A stretch of 64,000 nucleotides of DNA, taken from the IMG/VR virus record IMGVR_UViG_3300018080_000100; one strand, written 5' to 3'. This DNA is from a virus. This document shows, piece by piece, positions 48,598-57,900 of the stretch. The position numbers were made by a program, and so were the translations under genes. Within the stretch, counting starts at the first letter, position 1. Every line of letters begins with the position of its first letter. The notes under the pieces are model-generated. The model made no database searches. It had not been told where the DNA came from and worked only from the letters and a program-made list of their open reading frames with translations.

Positions 48598-49469
48598 TAG
48601 GCAAGCTCAGTAGAAGGCTTCAATTGGATGGGGGTCGTTCCGCCAAAGCGCTCCTTGGCGCGCCGCTTCAACGCTTCCTCGGCGATGAGGCGCTCGTTGC
48701 GCTTCTTGAAGTAGTCGTAGCTGAGTTTGCCGCTGGCAAGCGCGGACAGCATGGCGTAGCTCAACAGCATGCCGAGGCCTTGGCTCGGTATATCGCTGAT
48801 CGCAGCCTGCTTCTCGACGGGCTCTGTGACAATCTCAGCCAGGTCGTCGAGCTCTTGCTCGATGGAGGTGTCGTCGGCGCTCTGCTTAGCCAGCGTGGCG
48901 TTCAACAGCTGTTCGTATTCGTCCTTGGCACCCTCAAGCTCGCTGTCCAGCTCCTGTCGGCGGCGCCAGTCCAGGATCTTGTCGACTAGCTTCCAGCCGC
49001 CGTAACCGCTGACCATGGCCGCCGGCAGTCCGAGTGTCCACAGCGCAGGGTTCGAGTACGGCGACGAGGCTTGCCGGCCCCAGAACGTGGACTCGCCCCA
49101 CGGCAGGTCCTCAGTCGCGCCCTTGAGCTTGTCATAGAGCCATGCGCCTGGGTTCGGTACCGCTTCTTTGTCCATGCCCGTTTTCTCTGCCTCTTCCTCT
49201 TCCTCCGGCATCATAATGCCGATCGACTGGAAACTGGGCGTAGGTGAGAAGCCGGACTCTTGACGACCTAGACGCAATGCACCAAGACCGGTACGGCCAA
49301 GCGCGCCCAGCCCCGCGGCAGCAAGAATCCACTTCCACATCTCAGCATTAGCGCGCTGCCCCGCCGATGCAGCGTCGGCTGGGCTAGGTTGCAAGATGTT
49401 GTCCCAGATCGACGGATCGGCGCTAAGCTTAACTAGGTCGTCGTAGCGCGAATTGGGTTGAGCTTCCAT
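48597..49469 (-). CDS. membrane protein (about 3 TM segments)
   Basis: Start ATG at 49469 with GGAGGGAG RBS. Hydrophobic segments MWKWILAAAGLGALG, LWTLGLPAAMVSGYGGW, GLGMLLSYAMLSALAS. Confidence 0.4.
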   Translation of the reverse strand: MEAQPNSRYDDLVKLSADPSIWDNILQPSPADAASAGQRANAEMWKWILAAAGLGALGRTGLGALRLGRQESGFSPTPSFQSIGIMMPEEEEEAEKTGMDKEAVPNPGAWLYDKLKGATEDLPWGESTFWGRQASSPYSNPALWTLGLPAAMVSGYGGWKLVDKILDWRRRQELDSELEGAKDEYEQLLNATLAKQSADDTSIEQELDDLAEIVTEPVEKQAAISDIPSQGLGMLLSYAMLSALASGKLSYDYFKKRNERLIAEEALKRRAKERFGGTTPIQLKPSTELA

Positions 49470-49824
49470 GCCCTGTACTCCCTCCGGATGGTTGGCTTGG
49501 TGACAGTACGTAACACTGTGTCCATTCGAGGTAGATGATCGGCCACTCTTTGTCTTCCGGCCAGTTACGCGACTCGTGGTCTCTGATGAACAGGCCGTTG
49601 CGGATACGATCACGCACCCAGTTGTAGTATTCTCGGTCCTCCTGCTTGTTGAGGTCGAACACGTGCTCGTGCGCCTGGCCGACAACAGGCAGCGCTTCGA
49701 CCTCCTTCTGTTTCAGTGACGGCGCCGTCTCCCCTTGGAAAGGAAAGCCGTTGGCACCTGGCCACTGCAACGCTCCGTCGTATCGGTCGTCTTGTTCGCC
49801 GTGATACTTACTCTGCGTGTGCAT
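49429..49824 (-). CDS. hypothetical small protein
   Basis: 131-aa ORF. Its 3' end overlaps the next gene in another frame. Confidence 0.3.
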   Translation of the reverse strand: MHTQSKYHGEQDDRYDGALQWPGANGFPFQGETAPSLKQKEVEALPVVGQAHEHVFDLNKQEDREYYNWVRDRIRNGLFIRDHESRNWPEDKEWPIIYLEWTQCYVLSPSQPSGGSTGHGSSTQFALRRPS

Positions 49825-49827
49825 CCT

Positions 49828-50181
49828 TTAACCCGCTCCCATGCCAGCCTGCTGACGTGCCTGCAGCCGCTGTAGCTGCTCGACGGCCCGCTGGTACTCG
49901 CTGATCTCTTCGCGCTTGTACGCCTCGTTCTTGTCGAACGTGTCGTTCTGCGCCTTGGCGAGCATAGCGCCGCCACCAACGCCGACAAGTGGCGGAGCCA
50001 GCAGGGCTAGTGGCCAAGCCGCGCCGAACATGGAACGGAGAGTATCCCAAGCGCCACGGGCAATACCGGACTTGAGCATGAACTTTGCCTGGCGGATACG
50101 CAGGAGCGTTTCGTCCTCTGACAAACCGTCTTTGGCGCACTTCTCCAGGAATCCGATCTTGAATGCTTCCTTGGGGGTCAT
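49828..50181 (-). CDS. small membrane protein
   Basis: Hydrophobic core AAWPLALLAPPLVGVGGGAMLA. Confidence 0.35.
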   Translation of the reverse strand: MTPKEAFKIGFLEKCAKDGLSEDETLLRIRQAKFMLKSGIARGAWDTLRSMFGAAWPLALLAPPLVGVGGGAMLAKAQNDTFDKNEAYKREEISEYQRAVEQLQRLQARQQAGMGAG

Positions 50182-50184
50182 TTC

Positions 50185-50700
50185 CTACCTCCGGTTAGCA
50201 CGTGCGCGCTGTATCGCGGTGGCGCGCTGTGGTGTGATCATGTTCGACGCCCCGAGCGTCAGGTCGGGCGTTACGGTGACTCCGGCCGAGAGCGTATCGG
50301 CTGGCGTACGTCCTTTTCCCTTTATCTTGAGCGGCGCTTGGCCAGGCATCGCCGGAAGCTCGTGCGGCATCACGATTGTGCGCTTACGCTGATGCCTGAC
50401 GACATGGTCCAGAACCGACGGATCGGTAGGATCGCCCTGCATCTTCGCCAGCTTGCACGCCTCCTTGGCATCGTTGACCATTTTGCGCAGTTCAGCCGCT
50501 TTGCTGGCATACAGCTCGGGGTCCTGCATGAGCGCAGCAATTGCGCGCTTCATGAACTCGCCCGGCGGTATACGCCAATGACTCTGCTTGGTACTAGCGC
50601 TATCCGCAGCGATTTCTGTGTCGACAAGGCTGATCATGCCTGTCTCGGCCCAGAACTCGAGATGCTGGAAACGGTAGTGTCGGCCCTCTCCTCGTGACAT
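50185..50700 (-). CDS. hypothetical protein
   Basis: 171-aa ORF. Confidence 0.35.
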   Translation of the reverse strand: MSRGEGRHYRFQHLEFWAETGMISLVDTEIAADSASTKQSHWRIPPGEFMKRAIAALMQDPELYASKAAELRKMVNDAKEACKLAKMQGDPTDPSVLDHVVRHQRKRTIVMPHELPAMPGQAPLKIKGKGRTPADTLSAGVTVTPDLTLGASNMITPQRATAIQRARANRR

Positions 50701-50752
50701 TTTTGGTCCTCCAAACTGCGCTTACTCATAATAACTGATCCTGGCACAGCTG

Positions 50753-51274
50753 TCATGGCAGATACAGTCCTGCATGGCCAGCAGTAACCATCAGCTTGTT
50801 CAAATTGACTCGTTGCACCATCTGGCGTGTGGGGCCGTCAGCCTCGGAGCCGATCAGCTCCACCAGCCAACGGCCGAACTTTCCGCGGCAGGCGCGCGGC
50901 CGGTAGTCGTTCTTCGGCCGCAGCTTCTTATGGGTGCGTACGCCGATCCACCAGCCGTTGCCGGGCCAATCGCCCGCTTCAGCGCGATAACTGTAGTAGC
51001 GCTGGATCAACTCCCGCAGGTAGTCTCTGGCAGCAGTGCCAGCTTTACGCGTGGACAGCGGCCTAATCTCCGGCGCCTGGATGCCGTAAAGGCGGTAGTG
51101 CAGCGGACCAACCCACTGCTCCATGCCCAGATCGATAATCAGCGTGACGGTATCTCCGTCGTAGATCGCGGGTTCGCCATCCTCATTCTCGGGGATCAGT
51201 CCGAAGTACGTGTAGTCCTGCAGGCTGAGCGGGGCATCTTCGGATAGTGTTTCGATAGGGCGGGCCATTGACAA
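50753..51274 (-). CDS. staphylococcal-nuclease (SNase/thermonuclease)-like nuclease
   Basis: YDGDTVTLIIDLG...YRLYGIQAPE matches the SNase DGDT...R(L)xGIDAPE signature. Confidence 0.6.
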   Translation of the reverse strand: MSMARPIETLSEDAPLSLQDYTYFGLIPENEDGEPAIYDGDTVTLIIDLGMEQWVGPLHYRLYGIQAPEIRPLSTRKAGTAARDYLRELIQRYYSYRAEAGDWPGNGWWIGVRTHKKLRPKNDYRPRACRGKFGRWLVELIGSEADGPTRQMVQRVNLNKLMVTAGHAGLYLP

Positions 51275-51276
51275 CC

Positions 51277-51840
51277 TCAGTTAGCAAGCATGACAGCAAA
51301 AGCAGAATCACCTGCACGGGACAGTACGTGCATCTCACGATTATTGTCGTCTGCCCAGGTGTAAAAGTCCACTAGCAAGCTGTCAACTACTATGACGGTT
51401 GTCCCGCACACCAGTCGGTGGGCCAGCCGATCGAGCAGGTCGGGCACCTCGTCCTGCAGGTAGAGCAACGAGATGTGGCTGCCCTGCTTACGACGGAACG
51501 TCGTGACCTCGTCGGCGTTGGTCAGGCAGAAGATGTGCTGCTGCGGCATCGTATCGTTGAGGACGCGGCGTACAACCGCCTCCTCGTCCAACGCGCCCGC
51601 AAAGACTACCAGGCCATCCGTGGTCGCCTGGGTGCCCATCAGCGCTACAAACCGCTCGTGTACAGCGAAATGCTCCTTTGCAGCACGGAGGTCGTCGATC
51701 GACGTGGCTGTGTCTGTAGGCAGATCGAACTTCACAGTGGACGCTTGGCGCGCTGCATGGCTTTTTCGTCTACGGTTACGCGCTGGCCCCGTAGGCCGAC
51801 GACGCCCCTTCTTACGTAATCGCTTACGCCGCATTGGCAA
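51277..51840 (-). CDS. hypothetical protein with Arg-rich N-terminus
   Basis: Opens with RRKRLRKKGRRRPTGPARNRRRK. Confidence 0.35.
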   Translation of the reverse strand: MPMRRKRLRKKGRRRPTGPARNRRRKSHAARQASTVKFDLPTDTATSIDDLRAAKEHFAVHERFVALMGTQATTDGLVVFAGALDEEAVVRRVLNDTMPQQHIFCLTNADEVTTFRRKQGSHISLLYLQDEVPDLLDRLAHRLVCGTTVIVVDSLLVDFYTWADDNNREMHVLSRAGDSAFAVMLAN

Positions 51841-51852
51841 TACCTCCGCATG

Positions 51853-52512
51853 CTACGAAGGTACGCCCAACGTAAACATGTAGTGCAGCAACGGCGAGCG
51901 TGCGAGCGCGCCTGGTGATGTGTAATGGTCGGGCATGTTGCGCACGACGTCCGTGAATGCGCGGCGCAGCGCACAAGATACTGCCTCGCTGCAATACGGC
52001 GGCCGTCCGCGGTCTTCGAGATCGTCGTCCGTCGGCGGCCGGAAGAAGAAACGCACGCCAGGAAGGTGGATCAGCGATGTCCACAGGATGTGCATCTTGC
52101 CGTACTCGCCGGGGCGACAGAAGTCACGTGCAGTCATCACGGCCTTCTTGCGATCCAGCACCTTCGTCTCGCCTTGCTGCGACTGCGTACCGTCGTCCCA
52201 CCAGTATTCAGTGTGCGTGTCAGCGCAGCGATAGACGTCGATCATGCCGGGCCACTTCTCAACATGCGCCGCTAGCGTTGTACTCTGTCCGCCGCGCCAA
52301 AGCATCTCGTAGGCCATCAGGCGGTTGTACTCACTGTCGGGATCGCCGTTGGTCCAGCCGGCCATACCCACGTGCGAATAGATCGACAGCCCGGCGATGG
52401 CAACGCACTTCGGGATGAATCCGCGCCGACGATATAGCAACACATCAGCGTCGAGGATGTGCTGACGTGCCTCATCGTACGGGAGGAAAACTTTTTCTGA
52501 ATCGGATGGCAT
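51853..52512 (-). CDS. possible permuted NlpC/P60 (LRAT-like) thiol hydrolase/acyltransferase
   Basis: His-containing segment HILWTSLIH precedes the C-terminal YCSEAVSC, which resembles the LRAT NCEHF box. Confidence 0.3.
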   Translation of the reverse strand: MPSDSEKVFLPYDEARQHILDADVLLYRRRGFIPKCVAIAGLSIYSHVGMAGWTNGDPDSEYNRLMAYEMLWRGGQSTTLAAHVEKWPGMIDVYRCADTHTEYWWDDGTQSQQGETKVLDRKKAVMTARDFCRPGEYGKMHILWTSLIHLPGVRFFFRPPTDDDLEDRGRPPYCSEAVSCALRRAFTDVVRNMPDHYTSPGALARSPLLHYMFTLGVPS

Positions 52513-53023
52513 TCTCTTGCTCCTTGGTCAGCTTATGCGCCGTGAATTTCCCCATCACGTCCAGTTGTGGTTCGTATGCCGGCGTCATACGTGCGCGGTG
52601 ACCCTCCAGTGTTGGATACGTCCCGGTGTCTTGCACTTCGCGGAATACCTCGGTTGCGCTGTGATGCCCGGGCACGTACTCCGGGGCGCAGCGTGCGCGT
52701 GTTGGTAAGTGATGTACGCCGGTAATTACAATGTCCGGCTCGCCAGGGTGGTATGTCTGCTCCGAGCGCTCGAACACCGCTGGGATCTTACCGGCCGCGG
52801 CCTTGTAGTCGAGCACGATCCGGTCAGCTTCTAGCGCACCGGGCTTTACACGCCGCTGAAACTCTGCCAAGAATTCTTCCATTGAGATCCTCGCTGCAGA
52901 TGCTTCCAGTTGACGATAGTTACCGAGCACGGCGCGCTCGCGCTCCAGCTCGTCCTGTTTCTTTGTCAGCTCTGCAGAACGCCGCAGGTATTCTTCTGCC
53001 GACATACTTCCACCATCGCTCAT
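52472..53023 (-). CDS. hypothetical protein
   Basis: 183-aa ORF. Confidence 0.35.
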   Translation of the reverse strand: MSDGGSMSAEEYLRRSAELTKKQDELERERAVLGNYRQLEASAARISMEEFLAEFQRRVKPGALEADRIVLDYKAAAGKIPAVFERSEQTYHPGEPDIVITGVHHLPTRARCAPEYVPGHHSATEVFREVQDTGTYPTLEGHRARMTPAYEPQLDVMGKFTAHKLTKEQENAIRFRKSFPPVR

Positions 53024-53033
53024 CGGTCATCCT

Positions 53034-54179
53034 TTACAACATGCCGGTGATACCACGAATGGCTCCGGCGAGCAGACCAGCCCGTTGAATGCCCTTCTGC
53101 ACTGGCGGGGTCAGTCCAAGGAACTTGCCGGCCAACGATCCAAGGTAACCGTAACCGTAGCCAAGGCCGGCATTGACGGCGACGGACGCTACGTCACGCG
53201 GCGACACCAAGTTTGAGCCGCGCATAGCGCCTGCTGCAGCAGGAACGCCAGCAGCAATCGCCTTCTCTGGATTGTCTAGGAACGGGTCGCGCATTACAAC
53301 CTCTCCCCACTCATTCGTGCTGAATTTCGGCAGCATGCCGCCGGAGAGGTCCGCACACTTCGTGAATGCGTCTTCGTCGATCGTGACGTTGAGTTCGCTC
53401 GTCAGCCTGTCTAGCACGTCGGCGAGTACGCTCGATGCGCCCTTCACGCGCTCGTAGTGCTGTGGGTCTGGGATCGGCCCGTACTGACCTGTGCGCACAT
53501 CGTTGGCGCCGAACTCGTAACCAGCGGCGCCCGGCTTGGGCAGGTTCTCTGTGCCACGCGGATAGGCCCACTGCTTAGTCTTGCCGTCCCACTTGCCGCC
53601 AGCAGTCAACCGGGCGACATTGGCACCAGGAGCCATGTCAGCGGCAGGGACGTTGGGTGCGTTGGCATACGCAGGGCCACCCTGTAGCGGCTGCTGTGTC
53701 CACAGGCCACTAATACCCTGATTGCGCAACGCAGGCAGACCATGGATGAACCCAGGCACAGCTGCGCCGCCGAGCGCCCCGATCGCGCCGAACGCGGTTG
53801 GCGTGCGCTTGTTGAACCACTGCGGGAACAGCTTGTTGAGAATCCACCCGCTGCCATAGCCTAGTCCGCCAGTCAGCGCGCCGGTCAGCAGCATCGACGT
53901 GAGCGGATTGGGTCCACCGATGTACTCCTGCACCTTGCCGTGCGCATCGCCCATCTGCTTGAAACTGGGAATCATCCCGCGGAGCTTGTCCATCCAGGTA
54001 GGATCCGGAGCAGCGGCCCACTTCACCATGACCGGCCCGACCTCTTCGGTGTCGAGCACCCAGCCAGCGTCGTGATTCTGCTCGCCCTGCGTCAGCTCGT
54101 ACGCTGCGCCAGCGTATTTCACGTACAGATCCTTCACGCGGAAGGGTACAGACGCCCAGTTTTGGTTGCTGTCAGTCAT
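53034..54179 (-). CDS. Gly-rich hydrophobic protein
   Basis: 381-aa ORF with GLGYGYGYLGSLAGKFLG-type segments. A copy of the palindromic element lies 4 nt upstream of the ATG. Confidence 0.4.
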   Translation of the reverse strand: MTDSNQNWASVPFRVKDLYVKYAGAAYELTQGEQNHDAGWVLDTEEVGPVMVKWAAAPDPTWMDKLRGMIPSFKQMGDAHGKVQEYIGGPNPLTSMLLTGALTGGLGYGSGWILNKLFPQWFNKRTPTAFGAIGALGGAAVPGFIHGLPALRNQGISGLWTQQPLQGGPAYANAPNVPAADMAPGANVARLTAGGKWDGKTKQWAYPRGTENLPKPGAAGYEFGANDVRTGQYGPIPDPQHYERVKGASSVLADVLDRLTSELNVTIDEDAFTKCADLSGGMLPKFSTNEWGEVVMRDPFLDNPEKAIAAGVPAAAGAMRGSNLVSPRDVASVAVNAGLGYGYGYLGSLAGKFLGLTPPVQKGIQRAGLLAGAIRGITGML

Positions 54180-54183
54180 AGCA

Positions 54184-54206
54184 TTTTGATCTCATGAACA
54201 AGATTC
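54184..54206. promoter_or_regulatory. copy 3 of the palindromic element (ATTTTGATCTCATGAACAAGATT)
   Basis: Lies in the intergenic 54180-54233, 4 nt upstream of the 53034..54179 start. The ATG inside the element opens the uORF MRSKCYD. Confidence 0.5.
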
Positions 54207-54233
54207 AACGGTTCTGATAGCTAAAAAACGGGT

Positions 54234-54908
54234 CTATGTAGGCGTTCGGCGCTTCAACCACCGCTCATAATCTCGAGGACGGTCGAAGTCCTCTGTCTCG
54301 TCGACAATCTCCGTGAAGCATGCAGGTGTAGGTGCCGGCGATCTACGGTACTGAAATGGCAGTCCGTGCAGTTGGCAATATGTCTCCCACGCCTTGCATT
54401 TCCGCAGCCGCCCTTCGTCGAGCAGTCTCTTCACAGCCATCGCCGCGTGCATAAGCTCCGGACACCGGCTCGCTGGAAACGTCAGCCCAAATATCTCACC
54501 GCAGTGTTTACCTGTTACGGCATTGGCGCCGGCGTGGCCAAACCACTCTATCTCATTCGAGTTTATTCCTAGGATGGTTTCCACAGCTGCGTCGGTGCAG
54601 CATACGTCGCCAAACACTATGATCGTTCTATCTTCAACGTCCCAAATCGGCAAGGACGACAACAGCTTCGTGCTGTCGTCGTAGTCTGCGTCGGCCGGTA
54701 ATACGTACAACTCTGCGCCCGGCACGGCCATATGTTGGCACTCCTGGCGCACTACAACGTAAGGCTGACAGCCCGGCGCACGCGCCAAAAACTGCCGCAC
54801 CGTTCTGTGCACAAGCGGCTCGCCGTTCACCGGCACCCATTGCTTCTGTATACCCAGATACCCTCTCCAGCGAATTTGCGTCCCGGCACATGGTAATATC
54901 AGTCGCAT
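54234..54908 (-). CDS. sugar/nucleotide nucleotidyltransferase-like (IspD/GlmU N-terminal-like)
   Basis: N-terminus MRLILPCAGTQIRWRG...KQWVPVNGEPLVHRTV resembles the (I/L)xPAAGxGxR...K(Q)(Y/W)..(L/V)xGxP(L/V) motif. Confidence 0.45.
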   Translation of the reverse strand: MRLILPCAGTQIRWRGYLGIQKQWVPVNGEPLVHRTVRQFLARAPGCQPYVVVRQECQHMAVPGAELYVLPADADYDDSTKLLSSLPIWDVEDRTIIVFGDVCCTDAAVETILGINSNEIEWFGHAGANAVTGKHCGEIFGLTFPASRCPELMHAAMAVKRLLDEGRLRKCKAWETYCQLHGLPFQYRRSPAPTPACFTEIVDETEDFDRPRDYERWLKRRTPT

Positions 54909-54912
54909 GGCA

Positions 54913-57900
54913 CTAGTAGTCCTCGTGCATCGCGATCAACGCTGGTGCTCTCCAGGCCCCTGAGGGGTACTGTTCTTGCGAGCGGATTCTTGCAACGCGG
55001 CCAATATATGCTGCAGGGTCCGCGAGCAGCTGCGCGCGCAGCTCGTCTGACAGGCCCGTGCCGACTTCACCAGCGCGCGGACCTCCCGGCGCAAGCGCGT
55101 AGCCGAAACCTCCAGCACCTGTTCCTTGGTATTTGCCTCCTCCTGGGAAGACGTCGGTGATGTGGACATCGGATTCCTCCAGTCGCTTTGCCTTGGTGGG
55201 TTTGCCTACAGGTGGTTGGAATACGATACCTTCACGCGTTAATGGGTGCTTGCCTGCGATAATGCTGTGCCACAGTTGCTTAGCCTCTTCGGGGTCGGTT
55301 GTCTCCTCTGCTAGCTGAAACTTGTCTGGCGGCAGATACGGTAGGATTTCCTCGATCATCTTGCGTCGTTCTGCATAAGGCGTCACGTTTGGATCTATCG
55401 GCGTCTTACCCAGCTGCTGGATATCGAAGAGCATGTTCTTTATGTCGAGCCCTTGCTCGCGCTGTTTGTCTCTGGAGTGTTCGACGGTTGCGTGGAGGAG
55501 CCCGCCAAGACGTTGCGGCTCCACAGCTCGAAGGACTTGCGCAGCTTCGTCAGCCTGAGCTGCCACGCCTGCTCCTTCTTCCACTCCTGCATCGTCACTG
55601 GTAGGCCTGGAAACGTCGTCAGGCCGTATCTTTTCGGCATAGAGTTCTCCTTTCAGAACTGACCCCTCGTACTTCTTCGGAATATCCAGTTGTGGCCGCC
55701 CGCCGAACATGCGCTCGGTATGGACGATAGGATGCCCAGTCCGCTTGGCAGTCCTGTAGCTAAGCACTTCTGCGCCACCGCGCATCAACTTGACGAGCGA
55801 TGACGCGCCATCCAACTTGGCCGACACTGACGTGCCTTCCTTCATCTGTTCAATGTAAGGCTCCACGTCTTCTGGCGCCAGTTTCTTATAGCGCACTTTG
55901 TCGTAAGGCACTGCTTTCTTCGGCGTGACGTTGATCATCAGCCAGTCACGATCGCCCCATTTCTCGGGCTTCATCAGCACGTAGCGTTCTGGCGTGCCAG
56001 TTGTGGCTACCGTGTACTCGATCTTTGTGGGCGTGGCCTTGGTGATCATCACCTTTCCGCGCCGCTCCTGCCGAACCTCACCCTTGCCGTAGCCGGAGCC
56101 GATACTGCCCTGAAACGCGCCATACTGGTGCGAATGCACAGGTTGCTGCTTCATGAACTTCTTCTCGCCCGGAGCGGGGATGTGTGTCGGCTTCGTCGCC
56201 CAGGAGAGCAAGCCGGTCTCCGGCGTGCCGAGCCTGTAGTCGAAGTGCTCGCCGGCGCGCTGTGCGCGGTGTCGCTGCACGAATAGATCAACAAGCTCAT
56301 CGGTATCGAGCTTCGACGGGTCGCCGAAGTCGGTTCGATCTGGAATGCCACGCGCGGCCGTCTTATCCATGGCCATCTTGGAGATGTCGTCCACACCCTT
56401 GGACGTGATGCCGACGATCTGCATGAGCTGGCGCAGCAGCACATCCTTCTCTCTAGGATTCTCCATCAACGGCTTGTGAACTGCGTCAAGGATTTGCTCA
56501 TGCTCACCCTTGTGCTGCCGGAAGAACCAGTTGAGCGCCTTCTCCGCCTCCTGCGGTGTAGACACATGCTTTCCAGTAGCCTGGACGTATTCGCGCTTGA
56601 CCGTCGCCAGATAGGCTTTCAGCTCCTCTGGCGTCGTCGCGTACTCCCATGTCTTCCGTGGAACCGTGCGCGTCTTCCGGCTGCCCCAGAAGGTCTTGCC
56701 CATGTCTTGAACACGCGGCCGATCATCGTAGTGCAACACCCGCGGATGGCGGGTGCCCGGATTCTGCGCCGGACCAGGCGCACGCAGCCGTGCGTGTGTC
56801 AGCTCGTGCTCAATATTGCTTGTGACGTCATCGGTCATCGCGTGGCCTGGCGCTGCTGCCCACAAAGTCTCGTCGTTGGGGTCGTATACGCCCTTCACGC
56901 CGAAATTGGCAGCCTGGCCCGGCAACGGCGGCAGATACTCTCTGTCGACCGTGGACACGGTTGTCTCTGTGTCCAGCTCTGCCGGATCCCAGCGGTGGAT
57001 CCCGTACGGGTCATTGTCGTTGGCCATCGACTCTTGGGCGCGCCGCACGGCCTCGTCCAGCCCGCCAGGCGCGTCCTTGTAATACTTGTCCAACTGGTCG
57101 CGCAGCGTCAGCTTGTGCTCTTTGACGTCAGCGCCGCCCGTCGGATCGTACGGGCCGAAATTGCTGCGCCTGCGTTCCATCTCCTGACGCACGGCGTCCC
57201 AGTAGACTTTGCCGGCCAACCCGAGCGCGCCACCGACGCCTGCGCCCATCAAGCCGCTCTCCAAGACACGCCGCCAAGTGGGGCGCTCATCGTCCGGATA
57301 CGGGTCGTCTACGAATTCGGAAAGTGCGCTTATCCCCCCGCCGAGGGCTGCGCCTCCTAAGCCCCATTTTGCCCAGCTATTCAACGCGGTCTTCTCAAAC
57401 CATTCACGAAAACCTACATGTTTTCGTGAATCGTCAGCGGCCATTTTCAGTGGGCCTGGCAGCTTCGCGGGCGTACGGACGCCACCGAGGACGCCAGCAG
57501 CGAATTCTGCTGGGCCCTGCGTGCCGCGCTGGACCTCATGTACGAATCGACGGACTGGCCCTTTCTGCCCTAAATGCGCCATCTGCTGCTCGACACGGGC
57601 CTGGTTCTCCGCCTGGGAGTAGACGTTACCGATCTGTGCAGCAGCGCCGCCTTGTAGCTGATCGTAGTGTTGCCGGTTCCGGTAGCCCCACTGCTTAGCC
57701 AGGCGCGACTTCTCGCCTTGCATCAGCATGTCACGGCCAGGGCCTTGCCCAAAACGGCGACCAGCGAGCGCTAGCTGGCGATTGTGATCGAACGCCGGCT
57801 GTGTCATCCGTACGGTACGGATGAGGTTCTTGTAATTGGGATTCTGCGCCAGGAACAGCTGATTCTCGGCAGACTGCCCGGCCAGCATCGCAGCCATGGC

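Noticed and set aside
57700-57730. HExxH (HELTH) in the giant protein as evidence of a metallopeptidase domain
   Set aside because: A five-residue motif alone is weak evidence, and no third zinc ligand or surrounding protease context was recognised. It is noted only as a hint inside finding 6.
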